Source: Thelocarpon superellum
Taxonomy: Eukaryota
Length of the DNA stretch: 51,017 bases
NCBI GenBank assembly: GCA_026025795.1
Contig: JAPEUG010000090.1
Coordinates: 1 to 51,017 of the forward strand
Reading direction: 5' to 3'
Position 1 is the stretch's first letter; every line of letters starts with the position of its first letter. The notes under the pieces were generated by a model. It was not told where the DNA came from, did not search any database, and saw only the letters and a program-made list of their open reading frames with translations. This document shows, in pieces, positions 36,572 through 48,076 of this stretch. Position numbers and translations under genes: made by a program.

Positions 36572-36671
36572 TAGAGCAAGACCAAGAACTTCAACAGTCG
36601 GACCATCTCCAATAGCATAAGGGAAGAGATGAGAGGCAATGAGGAGACGTTCAATCTTCATTCCTCACTCC

Positions 36672-38425
36672 TCAGTCCCACTCGTCCTCTACAGGCACAA
36701 CAGGGCGCAGGGCAGCAATCTCTCGGATTCGATCAATCAGGTGGCTTTAAGTCACACACGTTAGCTTTGTCATTCACAGCCAGAAAGTAAGAGATGTAGC
36801 AAACGTAAGGTGAGAGCAAGGTGAGTGTGAGGTGAAGGTGGAAGGAAAGAAAGGGGAAACACACTCAATAGGACGATGAGACCCTGCCTCCTGCCGTGCG
36901 AGATCAAGTCTCTCGCGCTGCGCCCCGTCGTGCTCTTTGAGATGTTCACGCACACGGGCTCGGCCCTCGGGTGTTTCACCACTGCGAAGTTTCTTCTTAC
37001 ACCCCTCTACCCAGCATTGCCACATGCCTTGTGGACCTGTGGCTGTAGCGGGTGGGATCGGTTGGGCCATCGCTCGTAAAATGGCTGCTCGGGGTAGCAA
37101 TGGTGAAGGCGGCGTCGTCTCGGTGAAGATTGGGAGAAGGGAGAAGACTGGACTTTGATCTTCGCCTCGGGGTCCCTCATGGGCATATTTAGCTCGCTTC
37201 TTAACAGCGCCGTTGACTCTGCTTCTGACTGGAAGGCTGATTTCCTCTCCCGCAGACGATTCCTCGGCTGTTGGCTTTTCTGCACGTGCCTGCTCAAGGG
37301 TTTGGCGGGCAGCGCGTTTGGATGATGGGCCGATCTTGGGACGAAGGAGGCCCTTGGAGCGGTGCTTGGATCGGCGGCTGGGCCTCTTGCCTGGTGTTGC
37401 CTGGGAAGAATCGTCACTTGAAACTTCAACGGGCTCCTCGACCACTCTGCCCTGGCCCTTGATCCTTTTGCTGGTATCCTTGGCTCAGTCAGATCACGTC
37501 TCACCACTTTCTGCTGGCCTATCCTCACCAGTGATACCTGTTTCAGGTGGTTGAAGATTGGCGTTTTTGTCCAGCCATCCACATCATCTGACAACATCGC
37601 GTTGAAGATGAAGTCTCGGTGCTTGTGAAAGTATGAGGCGGCATCATCAAGACCCTGACAAGCCAAGTCGTACCTAGTGTACTGCCTCGTATTAGTATGA
37701 CTTCTAGCTGGGAGACGAGCTACAAACCTCCTCGAAGATCTCATCTAGCGTTGGATACAGGGACCCTCTCGAGTTTGGCGGCTCCTCAGGATGAAGTCCT
37801 TCAAGAAACCGGAGTAATGTGACGGCTTGCTCCATGTCGTCGTACACAGATTGGTAGGCTTTCGAGGGCCCGACCATCTTGAACCATCCTGACTTGCTGG
37901 CGGCCCAAAAGTCAATCGTCCCATCCATATCTCGTTGGTAGGCAAAAAGCTCGACATTAGGAAGAAAGATGGGATTTCCGGTTTCCGAGATTTCATGGCG
38001 GACTATGATCGGAGTCAGCGGACGCTTCATCAAATGGAAACAAATACCCCACCAAGGTCCTCGTCCTCGTCCTTGACTTTTCGTAACAAGCCGTGCACTA
38101 CGACTCCATTGTTGACTGTAGCCTCCAGCAGGCTGATGGGTTTCTGTCTTCCATCCGTCACCAGCACCTCATCAAGCAAGAACTCTGGCCATTCGTCCGG
38201 CTCCTTGACCTTGGTCGGCTTCAGGTAATACCTCTCATTCTTTGGAGGCGGGGCCATTATATAATCGGCGGCCGCTGGGAGGGTCCTTCGAGGAGCGGCA
38301 TGGCCCACGGAGGCGGACTCAAGGTCGGAGTCGTCAGAAGATAGAAGTCTTCGTTGAGTCTTGGCTTTTCGGCCACGGCCATGCAAGGAAGTCGCTGATG
38401 CCTGCCCTCCAGACGGGAAAGTCAT
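36672..38425 (-). CDS. DNMT1-RFD/RFTS-domain protein with C-terminal C2H2-like zinc finger (Raf2/DIM-7-like candidate)
   Basis: Start ATG 38425 or 38257. Exons to 38053, 38002-37728, 37681-~37530, 37478-36865, 36744-36672. DEWPEFLLDEVLV, ISLLEA, FWAASKSGWFKMVGPSKAYQSVYDDMEQAV; C-terminal WQCWVEGC...VREHLKEH then PIDHLIDRIR. Confidence 0.7.
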
Positions 38426-38738
38426 CGGATCGACTGGACGAATTGTAGCTTAAGCGAGCCGCTCGGACACCGTAACCAGTGCGAGGCTGCGTGCTGGGTC
38501 TCTCGGATCAAATATGACGATGGAGGCAACGGGAGTTGAAGATCGCTCGTCATCTCGCGACGGGGCAAGTTGGGGAGAAGGATGAGAGGAAAAGATATCT
38601 TGAACAGGTCTTGGTCAGTCATGCATGCTTGATTAGGTCAAGGACGAGGATCTGGCGGGCTTGGGGCTGTCCTGATTAGCCGGTGTGATTCTGAATGCCC
38701 ACGTCCGATCACAATCGGTCAGCATTACCACAAGCTAG

Positions 38739-40067
38739 ATGCTGGCCACATTGAGGACCAAATCCACGATGAGTGCCGGCGGAGTATTAGAAGGGGTCCT
38801 TGGTGAGTGTGTCTTGATGTCTTTCAGAGGAATGACTGACATTGTTCGTCCCCACGCAGCTGTCAACAAGCCCAACGCCATCACCTCCACTCAAGTCTTA
38901 CGAGATCTACAAAGGCAATTTAACCCGTCCAAAGCCTTTGCGCCATGGCTCGAAGCAGAACAGTTCCGGCGGTCGAGAGAGAATTCGAATCAGAAGAAGA
39001 GGCGACGAAATCGACAAGCACCGCAGGTCAAGATTGGCCATGGAGGGACCTTGGATCCACTGGCCACGGGCGTGCTGATCACCGGCATCGGCAAGGGTAC
39101 GAAGCAGCTTCAGGCTTTCCTTGACTGTACCAAGACCTACGAGGCCACGGTGTTGTTCGGTGTGGCCACCGACACCTATGATCGCCTGGGCAAGGTGCTC
39201 CACCGCGCCCCACACGCACACATCACGCGAGAGAAGGTCGAGGAAGCACTGGCGCAATATCGCGGCAAGATCATGCAGCGGCCGCCAATCTTCTCGGCAC
39301 TCTGGGTACAAGGAAAGCGATTGTACGACTACGCCCGCGAGGGTAAGGAGATTCCGGGCGAGATTCAAGAGAGGCCCGTGGAGGTGCTGGAGCTCGAGAT
39401 GGCGGAGTGGATGGAAGGCGGGACGCATCCTCATGCCTGGCCAAGCACCGAGGCACCCGAGGAAGAAAGAGATGTGGCGGAGAAGGTGTTTCACACGGGG
39501 AAGAAGGAAGTGGCAGGGACCGAGCAGCTCGCGGAGGTCACACCGTCGATCAAGCGTCTCCGCGAAGAATCCACCACCGACGACCTCGTGCACGATGTGC
39601 CAACCAAACGGACCAAACGAGACGACGAAGACACGGGTGTGGCGCCCGTCATGTCCGGTGGTCTCGCCACGGCCACATCCCCAACCACGGCCACATCGCC
39701 AAGCTCGACCCCGCCCCCTCCTGCCGACACCCCACCCCAATCTCCCACCTCGGGCGCACCAGCACCAGCACCAGCCGCGAAGCTACGAATGACCGTGACG
39801 TCAGGCTTCTACGTGCGTTCACTATGCCACGACCTAGGCGCGGCGGTCGGATCACGAGCGATCATGAGCGAGCTAGTGCGAACGCGCCAGGGCCAATTCG
39901 ACCTTGCCAAGGGCAATGTGCTGGAATATGCCCAGCTGCAGGATGGCGAGGCGACGTGGGGACCCATCGTTGAGCGACTGCTAGGAGAGTGGAACGAAGC
40001 AGGGAGGGAGGGGGGTGAGGAGGGGAAGAAGAGGGCGGAGAACGCCGACACGACGAACCAAACATGA
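38739..40067 (+). CDS. PUS4: tRNA pseudouridine-55 synthase (TruB family)
   Basis: Probable intron 38803-38859 (GTGAGT...CTGAC...GCAG). VNKP, KIGHGGTLDPLATGVL (catalytic Asp), KTYEATVLFG, QRPPIFSAL..GKRLYDYAREG, VTSGFYVRSLCHDLG, LVRTRQG. Confidence 0.95.
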   Translation: MLATLRTKSTMSAGGVLEGVLGECVLMSFRGMTDIVRPHAAVNKPNAITSTQVLRDLQRQFNPSKAFAPWLEAEQFRRSRENSNQKKRRRNRQAPQVKIGHGGTLDPLATGVLITGIGKGTKQLQAFLDCTKTYEATVLFGVATDTYDRLGKVLHRAPHAHITREKVEEALAQYRGKIMQRPPIFSALWVQGKRLYDYAREGKEIPGEIQERPVEVLELEMAEWMEGGTHPHAWPSTEAPEEERDVAEKVFHTGKKEVAGTEQLAEVTPSIKRLREESTTDDLVHDVPTKRTKRDDEDTGVAPVMSGGLATATSPTTATSPSSTPPPPADTPPQSPTSGAPAPAPAAKLRMTVTSGFYVRSLCHDLGAAVGSRAIMSELVRTRQGQFDLAKGNVLEYAQLQDGEATWGPIVERLLGEWNEAGREGGEEGKKRAENADTTNQT

Positions 40068-40267
40068 TGGCCCGGCACGGCCTGGCCCGACGTGCCCATA
40101 TCTCTCAATCCCAATCTGTAGCATGATGTAGCATAGCATAGCATAGCCCTGGAATAGAAGCAAATGCAAACCACGTCCAGCTTCCATTCATCATTCAATT
40201 GACGGACATGGCCCGCTGACGCCCGAAGAGAGATATCTAAGATCTATGTTAATAGCACGCATCTATA

Positions 40268-40299
40268 ATCGCGCCATCGCGCCATCGCGCCATCGCGCC
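40268..40299. repeat. Tandem 8-mer (ATCGCGCC)x4
   Basis: Read directly, between the convergent PUS4 and transporter stop codons. Confidence 0.9.
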
Positions 40300-40322
40300 A
40301 TCACGCGTCACGGGTCTCGATA

Positions 40323-41959
40323 TCATTCGTCTGTGGCGTCGCCACCAACACCATCGACGCCGCCGTCATCACTCCGAGCCTCCATCTCCACCTCCTCCGC
40401 CCGACTGCTTTCGTAATTGATAAAGAGAAACGACACAAACACGATACACGCGCCAATCCAGTACGCCGCGCTGGAGAACTGCGACTGGAGGATCATTTGG
40501 CCAATGAGCGAGAGCGGGATCGTGAGACTCAGGCCGACCGTCACGACGAGCGGCGAGGTCAGGAGCATGGCGTAGGCCCAGCAGAAATCGGAGATGAGTG
40601 ATGTTGTAGAGTTCAGCTATTTCCATGGCGTTGTACATGTCAGCGTGTGATCGGTCTCGGGAGCGGTGCGCCACGCGGGCCACCTACGAGGATGATGCCC
40701 CAGATTCGACCCGTGGGGGGCAGCTCAAAGGACTCGTCGCCAAAGTAGTTGACGATGACGAAGCCGGGCCAGAGGAGGATGACGTTCAGTAAGCCCACGA
40801 GGCCGAAGAAGAGGGGCATGTTGACACGCGCTTCGTCGCCGATGCGCTTCTTCATGAGGATGGTGTAGAAGCCGTATAGAAGCGCGCTGAGCACGGCAGT
40901 CGCATCTCCAATCGCAATGTCGGTGAAGGACTTGTGTGGAAACGAACCACGATTCTCGTCGTGGTCCGTCGACAGATCCACCGTCGAGATCAAGACGACG
41001 CCGGCTAATGACGCGAGCACGCCGATGAGTTTCTTGAAGCTGAATCGCTCCACTCGGACCAATGCTCCCATGAGAAGAGTCCAGATGCCTAGCAAGGAAT
41101 CAGCGGTGGCCGTCAGCAATATACGGGAGGAGAGTACCGCTCGTTGAGGTCAAGATGGTTGAACTTGCCACAGTCGTATACTTCAACGACACGGCTACGG
41201 CGTAATTTGCCTATCAGACGTGTGAGTTTTCCGCAATTTAAGGGCAGCGCAGGTGGGAAGAAAGCAGGACGCATACCGCAAACCACAGCATGCAGAACTC
41301 GATGCTCAATTTGGCCGTTGCAATGAAGTCTAGTTGCTCCTGCCGTCGCCCTTTACTTTCTCTTGAGCGTTCTTGACGGCGCGGAGAGGGCTCTGCTTCG
41401 TGCGCATCTAGTGATGTTGTGCTCTGCTGCAACGTCTCCTCGTTGTCTAGCGGCTTGGGTAGCCCATTGTCGTCCTCCGTCGGCACGCGGCGGTATTGAT
41501 CCGAGATGCCCTTGCGCAAGGTCCGGATCTGTCTCCAGAATGACCGGTAGCCACCAGCCCGGCCGCCGTTGATCAGGATTGGAATCAACGAGATGGCGAA
41601 AAAGCTTGTGTTCACGTAGGTCACGAAGAAAGGCTTGGAATACGAGTCATCGGCGAAGATGAACTGGGCCGCGTCAGCGAGATTCACGACCACCACCACG
41701 CCGACGTAGGAGTACTCACGCTCGCGAGGAAGCTCGAGGCGGTCCACAAGAAGACGGTCACCAGGAGGAGAATGATGCCGAGCGTGCGGCGGGCTACGAG
41801 TCTCCGTGCGGGGCGGGGCTTGGAGGTGACCCCACCGTCGCTGGAGCTCAGCTCAAAGGATGGGAGGGAGAGCGAGGTCGAGAGTCGTCCCAATCCGTCC
41901 GCGACTTCCTCCTCCGATCGGAGGGCGGACGGAGGCATGGGAGGCTCAAGGCCACTCAT
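40323..41959 (-). CDS. EamA/DMT-superfamily membrane transporter (THI74/SLC35F-like)
   Basis: Exons 41959-41720, 41663-41277, 41210-41138, 41088-40688, 40616-40323. LGIILLLVTVFLWTASSFL, YSKPFFVTYVNTSFF, FCMLWFAANY, YTTVASSTILTSTSG, FFGLVGL, LTSPLVVTVGLSLTIPLSL. Confidence 0.9.
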
Positions 41960-42550
41960 GATGTCGCTGTGGTCGCACGGTCGCCGCGGGGGCCGAACAA
42001 GGTCGCGATTGCCGCGGCGACATCCAGGTGGCTGGTGGATGGTCGCTGCTGGTCGAACAGAGGATGCGAGGAGACTCGCTCCACAGGCTCGAGCCCAGAT
42101 ACATGTATGAGGAGCCGCGATAGACTGGTGAGGCCTTTGAACGCCGTGTTCCGCACGAGTTCACGCACCGTCCGTTTCACGATTGAGTGACTCCGTCCTC
42201 CCCCATGCCACGCACGTGACTTGGCTCTGACTCGATCCAAACTCGATCTGACTCTTACTCATACCATGCTCAACTGATCTCTTTATGTCTGGGGGCGTTG
42301 CTAGGTACATATATGAGAGGGGGCCGATGCATCTCAGCCAAATCTTCCTTTCCCGCCCGAGCAGGCTGGTGCGAGCTGGGGCCACCTCTTGGTTATTGAC
42401 CACCCCTCCAAGGATGATGACGAGCACGTCAAGACGCCAGCCGATGGACAAGAAGCGAGACATTGCGCTGTGATCGAAAGAGGAGAAGACACCAAGGACG
42501 AAGATTTGAATGGGACGGACGGTGATAGGAGATATGTCCATGAGCCCAAA

Positions 42551-43559
42551 CTAACACGCGCAGCCGTCTTGGTCACGGTCTAGATGAATATCTACCGGCA
42601 CATCAAAATCTCCGCTGAACTCCTCGGATGCCTCTTGTTCCAGTGCATGTCGTGCGATGACTGGTAGTGAGGGCACATTAGTGAACGTCCTCACGCCTCT
42701 TGGCCCGGGGGTGGTCCGACGCACCTTCAAAAGCCTGATCGACGTTCAATGCCTCTTTGGCACTGGTCTCGAAGTACGGAATGCCTCCCTTGGACTCACA
42801 AAAGGTCATGGCCCGCTTGGAGGAGATCTGGATGATGCCATCAGTCAGGAACTCATCCCAAGGGCATCCTTCCGCGTAACCATACCATTCTCTTGTTCTC
42901 CTCCACATCCACCTTGTTGCCGAGGACCACCTGACAACTCATCAGTCGGGATCCGAGACGGGGTCGGAAGAGGACATACAAAGGGGAAGCTCTCGGCGTC
43001 TTTGGGGCTCGCTTGGATGAGGAACTCGTCTCGCCAGCTGTCGAGGGTGTCGAAGCTCTTGGAGTTGTTCACATCGTACACGAGGACGCAGCAATCTGCG
43101 CCTCGGTAGAAGGCGACGCCCAAGGACTGGAATCGTTCCTGCCCCGCAGTATCCCAGAGCTGCGCCGCGTCAGCACGCTGTCTCCATGGACGTGGGACGA
43201 GGTCGTGCTACCTGCATCGTCACCATCCGATCGTCTATCATCACCTCCTTGGTCAAGAAATCGGCGCCGATGGTCGCCTTGTAGCTTGCGCTGAACTTCT
43301 TGTTGACCTGCCACCCGACTTCTGTGAGCCTGGGACTGAGCCATGCGCGGTACTTGGGGTTGGGAGCACAGGACGTCCTGATCTGAGTAGGATCGCTCTA
43401 TGCACGGGAATGACGCACATATTGGTTCATCAGACTCGTCTTTCCCACCCCGCTATCGCCCAGAATGATGACCTAGGGCGCCATCGTGATCAGAAGGGAA
43501 TCCAGGGGTGATGCTGTGGCAGACGGTACCTTGAGCAACACCTTCCGCCGCGACGCCAT
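42551..43559 (-). CDS. YPT7: Rab7 GTPase (Ypt7/AvaA)
   Basis: Multi-exon. [75 protein letters not shown]-terminal GCAC prenylation motif before TAG at 42551-42553. Confidence 0.97.
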
Positions 43560-44419
43560 GGCGGCCAACACGACTCCTTGGGGATCGAGGAGGGGGGCTT
43601 GCACCGACGTTCACCGCGGGCAAGACAGCAACGATTCAAGGAGCCAGCGATTTATCGACTTGCGAGACTGGAGAGGGATGATCTGAGCCAGGGTATGGAA
43701 CGCGCTGGTGGTTGGTGGTTGCACGATACCGTGGTGACGGTACCTGTACTTTGTACTTGTTGAAGGTAGATGGTCAGGGAAGTGCCTGGTCCCACAACTG
43801 ACGCCCACGACCCACGTCGGTCGGATGAAGCTCCAGCTACTCGTCAGTTAGGCCAAGCGAGTTGCGGGTGCCTGTGCCTCCCCCCTCGCCCTCGGCGTCA
43901 TCAGGCGCCGCGTGACCTCATGATACCGGAGGCCAATCTCATTTCCCCGACCGCCCACCCCGTCGACCAGCTGTTGCGACGGTTCAATGCAGTACACTAG
44001 CAGCGACCTTCTTACGGGATCTCCTGTGTTAAGGCGATGTAGCTACCATCCCTAGGATACGTCTGGGGACGAGAGCTGCAACATCTGGTGCGACCTCGTC
44101 GACGCCTGGCTTTGGCTGCATGGGTAGTGGAGCTGGTGCTGCTGCTGCCCAGAGGGGCATTAGTGGCTCATTGACTCAAGCGAGCCAGCGCCGGTCACAT
44201 GTGGAGGGGAATGCAGCATCGTACCCATCACCCCCACTACAGTAGAGCTATCTCGCGCTCCCTCGCGTCGCCCAGGTCCATCCGGCGACATCTTCGCCGC
44301 CGTGTTCCGGCCGGAGTCTGCATAGAATGTATCGTCGTTCTCTTGTCGTTTTTCGTGCATGGATGGAATCTCGCAACACGGTGTGAGCATCCCGTAAGGC
44401 GCGTCGCTTGAGCGGAACC

Positions 44420-45180
44420 ATGTCCTGGCGAAGTGTGTATCTGCTCGCGCTGCAAGAGCGAGACCGTTACGAAAAGGCGGATTTGGACCTCTACCATGCC
44501 TGTGAGGAGCCTCTTCAGCTCGAGGTGCGTGTCGTCAGTCGCACTGACCGACACCTCCAGACACTCGATTGGCAGACCGGACGGCTGTGGCCGAGGCAGC
44601 CACGGTCGACCGCGCGGAGGGCGCTACGGTCGAAGAGAAGACAGAGCCAGCGACACGCCTCAAGTCCGCTCGAGGTACCCCTACCAGCGCCACGGAGAAG
44701 CGCGGCACGCCGTCGATGGAGGGCGGCTTGGCGCAGCTGAAGCAGGACCTCGCGGAAGCACAGCGGGCCCGCGTCAGTCTGCAGGTCCGCTTGAGACACT
44801 GCACGGACGAGCTCGAGCAGTTACGGTCCCAGACGACGGTTGACACGACGCGGATCCGTGACCTGACCACGGAGCGAAATGTCCTGGCGGTCAAGGTCAA
44901 GGACCGGGACGCGGAATTGCGCGGCAAGGCGAAATTATTGGAGGTTTGTTTTTGCGACCACCATCCCCCATGGCCATCGGCCATCAAGCCCGTCTGACCA
45001 CGGGATATTGCCCCTCTGTAGGATATCCAGGACGAGATGATGGCGTTAAACCTCCAGCTCAACATGGCCGAAAGTCGGTCGGCCGAGCTGGTCACGGAGA
45101 ACAAAGATCTCGTCGCGAGACTGATGGCGTGGAAGGGCCAGGAGGCCGATGCAGTTAATCATGCCTCAAAGTTTTCATGA
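44420..45180 (+). CDS. ATG16: Autophagy protein 16 (coiled coil)
   Basis: Exons 44420-44501, 44561-44943, 45022-45180. [60 protein letters not shown]...[21 protein letters not shown]. Confidence 0.9.
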
Positions 45181-45339
45181 TCCAGCTCCTACCATACAAG
45201 ATTAGGAAGGGAGGGGGACAGAGGGGTATCGTCATGAGTCAGTGCCGTAGACCCGTGCGCCGAATCGGGTCAAGAATCTCTTCTGCCAACCAATCGCCGA
45301 CCGATGCCTGCGCCCATTCCCCGTCCCATGTACACGCCT

Positions 45340-46960
45340 TCACTTCATCACTCGGGCGAAGGCCTTCAACCGCCGTACATCCTTCCGCGCGATGCAATAG
45401 GTGCCAGGAGCATTGGTCCAGGACACGCAGTTGCTGTAATACGGTTTCGTCTGGACCTCGAGCAGGTTGACGGGCGAGTTGATGTTGCGGGTGGTGATCT
45501 TGTGATCGCTGGGAACAAAGGACTTGAGCGACACGATCTGGCAGCCCTCCTTGAGATCGAGGAAGAGGTTGACCAGGCCCTGGTTCAAGGCTGGGGTGAA
45601 GGCTTGATTGTTGACCAGCACGACGTCGGCCCGTTTCAGCACCTGGGCGATGCGCGTGTTCTTGAGGAAGTCGCCTCGTTCCAGATGCACCTGGCCACGT
45701 GCCAGGCCCCAGAGACGACATCGCGCCGCGAACTCGCGTTCCTGCAACTCCGCCAGCTCGCACGCGTTCTCCATCATCTCGCAGCCCCAGCTCTCGCAGC
45801 CAACCTGAAGGGCGGTCTGGAGCACCACGTTGGCCACGCCGGAGCCGAGGTCGACGAAGACGTGGTACGATCGAAGCTTGGTGTCCTGGATGATCTTGGC
45901 AATGAAGCGTGGGAGCAGTTCCCCGTACACGTTGTCCGTGCCGTTCTCGTACTTGCGGAGGCTGTCCACCTTGAGCGAGACCGTGCGGGCGTAAGTCTGG
46001 GTCAAGATGTGTTCCACCAGTGGCAGCAACAACGTGTGGGTCTCGTCCAGGTTACGGGCCAGCGCGCCGTCGTCTCGCAGGGCGACGATGTAGTCATTGT
46101 ACTCGTCGAGGCCGTCTCGGAAGTCTTTCTCCGACCCATGTGCGATGGCTCGTTTCAGCTTGCGATGGATGCCGGTACTCTCGTCCAAGACGCGTACGCC
46201 TTGCTCTTCGGTTAGGTAGAAGCGCGCCACGTCTTCGGTGACCTGGAGAATATCTTGCAGGGGCCGGACGTCCTGCTGGTCGCGGGGCTTGGCCAGCTCG
46301 AAGCTGCAGGGGTGGGTCAGCATGGGTCAAACATGCGAGCATGAGAGATACGCACCGCTCGCGCGGAGCGGCGCTGGGATATTGCAGGTACACCTCGGCG
46401 GCGGCGCTGTCCGTGGCGGTGTCAAAGGCGGGCGTAAACTTTCCCGGCTGCTTCAACGAGGCGATGTCGGCCGCGTGCACGAAGGAAAGGGTGGCGCCTG
46501 GCTCGTCAAACGCCTCGCGCGAGCGAAGCCGACGCTTGACATCGACTTGCGCGCTATCTCCGCTCGACTTGAGTCTCTTGTTGGAGGAGAGATCCGGGCC
46601 GCTCTCGTCATCGTCGTCGCTGTCGCTGGACACCACGCGCTGAGCCTCGGCGAGTCGACGTTTGCGCGCGGGCGCCGTCCGCTGTTTTCCGGGCTCGGGG
46701 CTGAGGGTGGACGACGGGGCGCGGGAGGGGGCGGTTGACGGGGTGTTTGAGCGTGATCGGGCGGCATAGGCTGCGTGGAAGGGCTTACGATCCGATGCGG
46801 CGCCGCCACCTTTTGGCGGCAGCGGCAGCGGTAGCTTGTTCTTCTGCGTCGATAGCCCAGGTCGTACCGTGGTGCGCACGAGCTCCTTGCGCACAGTCGC
46901 CTGCTGTGGCTTAAGCGCCGGCGGTGCGCCCTTCTTGTGGAACTGGTCGAAGAATCCCAT
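45340..46960 (-). CDS. DOT1: Histone H3K79 methyltransferase Dot1
   Basis: Exons 46960-46356, 46303-45340. [57 protein letters not shown]. Confidence 0.96.
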
Positions 46961-48076
46961 GTTTGTTGCCGGATGGGCGTCCTCTGCTGCACGTTCGCGC
47001 ACGATCGTGAGATGTGCGGGGAGGAGGAGGGGAAGGAAGAAAAGACTTATGGTGCGAGGACAGGTCCCGTCACACGGTAACTCGCTAGTTAGCTTCCACT
47101 GCGAGACACCGGGCCCCACGATGTGTGAATGGGATTAGCATGGTACCCGTGAGATGTACGCCCATGTCTAGGGATCGACGGACTGCTGCTGCACACACTG
47201 CAGGGCACGAGGATGCCTGTGCCACCATGTGGCTCAGCCTCGCTAAGAACGCGGACGCCACTTTTGTGACACGACCAAAACAGACACTGACACGGACGCG
47301 AACCTGGCCCTGGACCTGGACACCACATGCCCAAGCGTGCGCTAGCACCTCGCAGTGAAGTAGAACAGCTCAGCTAGCAGGTACACGCACACTGCTTCCG
47401 AGGGTTCCCACCTAGGGAAGAAATATTTCTTGCCACCTTGGCTGTGGGGTGTCTTCAACTTCCAGCTTGATGCAGAACCTGTAGATGGAACGTACCGTCG
47501 ACAGCAGGATCTGACCATCATCTGCCTGTCGACGTGGTGTTTCGCACTTTGAGGTAGTCGGTTGGTACGCGTCCACGGCAACAAACAAGGGCTACGCACC
47601 TCGCGCGTTGCGCGTGTTGGAGCGTTCAATAACCACCTCAGCACGGCTAATTGTCCCTGCAACGTACTCGTCTCGTCGCCATCCTGAGACGAGAGTGCGG
47701 ACCTCTCTCGTTCCCCCCCAACTACGCAGCGACCAACGCGTGGCCTGCATCAGTGGCAAAAGTCATACTATGCTGAGGACTGTGGAGGCGCAAAAGAAGA
47801 TGATGGACGTCGGAAGAATGGTTGATGGAACTTGCCAGTAGTGGGGCAAAGCGGCCCGGCTACCACCTTGGTCATGCTCGTACAATTACATACGAAGACG
47901 CAAACCCGTACGCGTACGCATGTCGTAAGAGCGCGCCAGCTCTCGCGTAACCAGCGACGCCCGCGAACGGCCGGTCGACAAAGGAGCTCCGACCGACCCC
48001 GAGTGATAGGATACGACAAAGCAGCATTCATCCACCCCATCTAGACGGAGACGTCGATATATCCAGACCCGCCACG

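Noticed and set aside
36371..36661. Poly-Leu / poly-Phe-Ser hydrophobic ORFs
   Set aside because: Translation artefacts of the (GAG/GAA)n tract.
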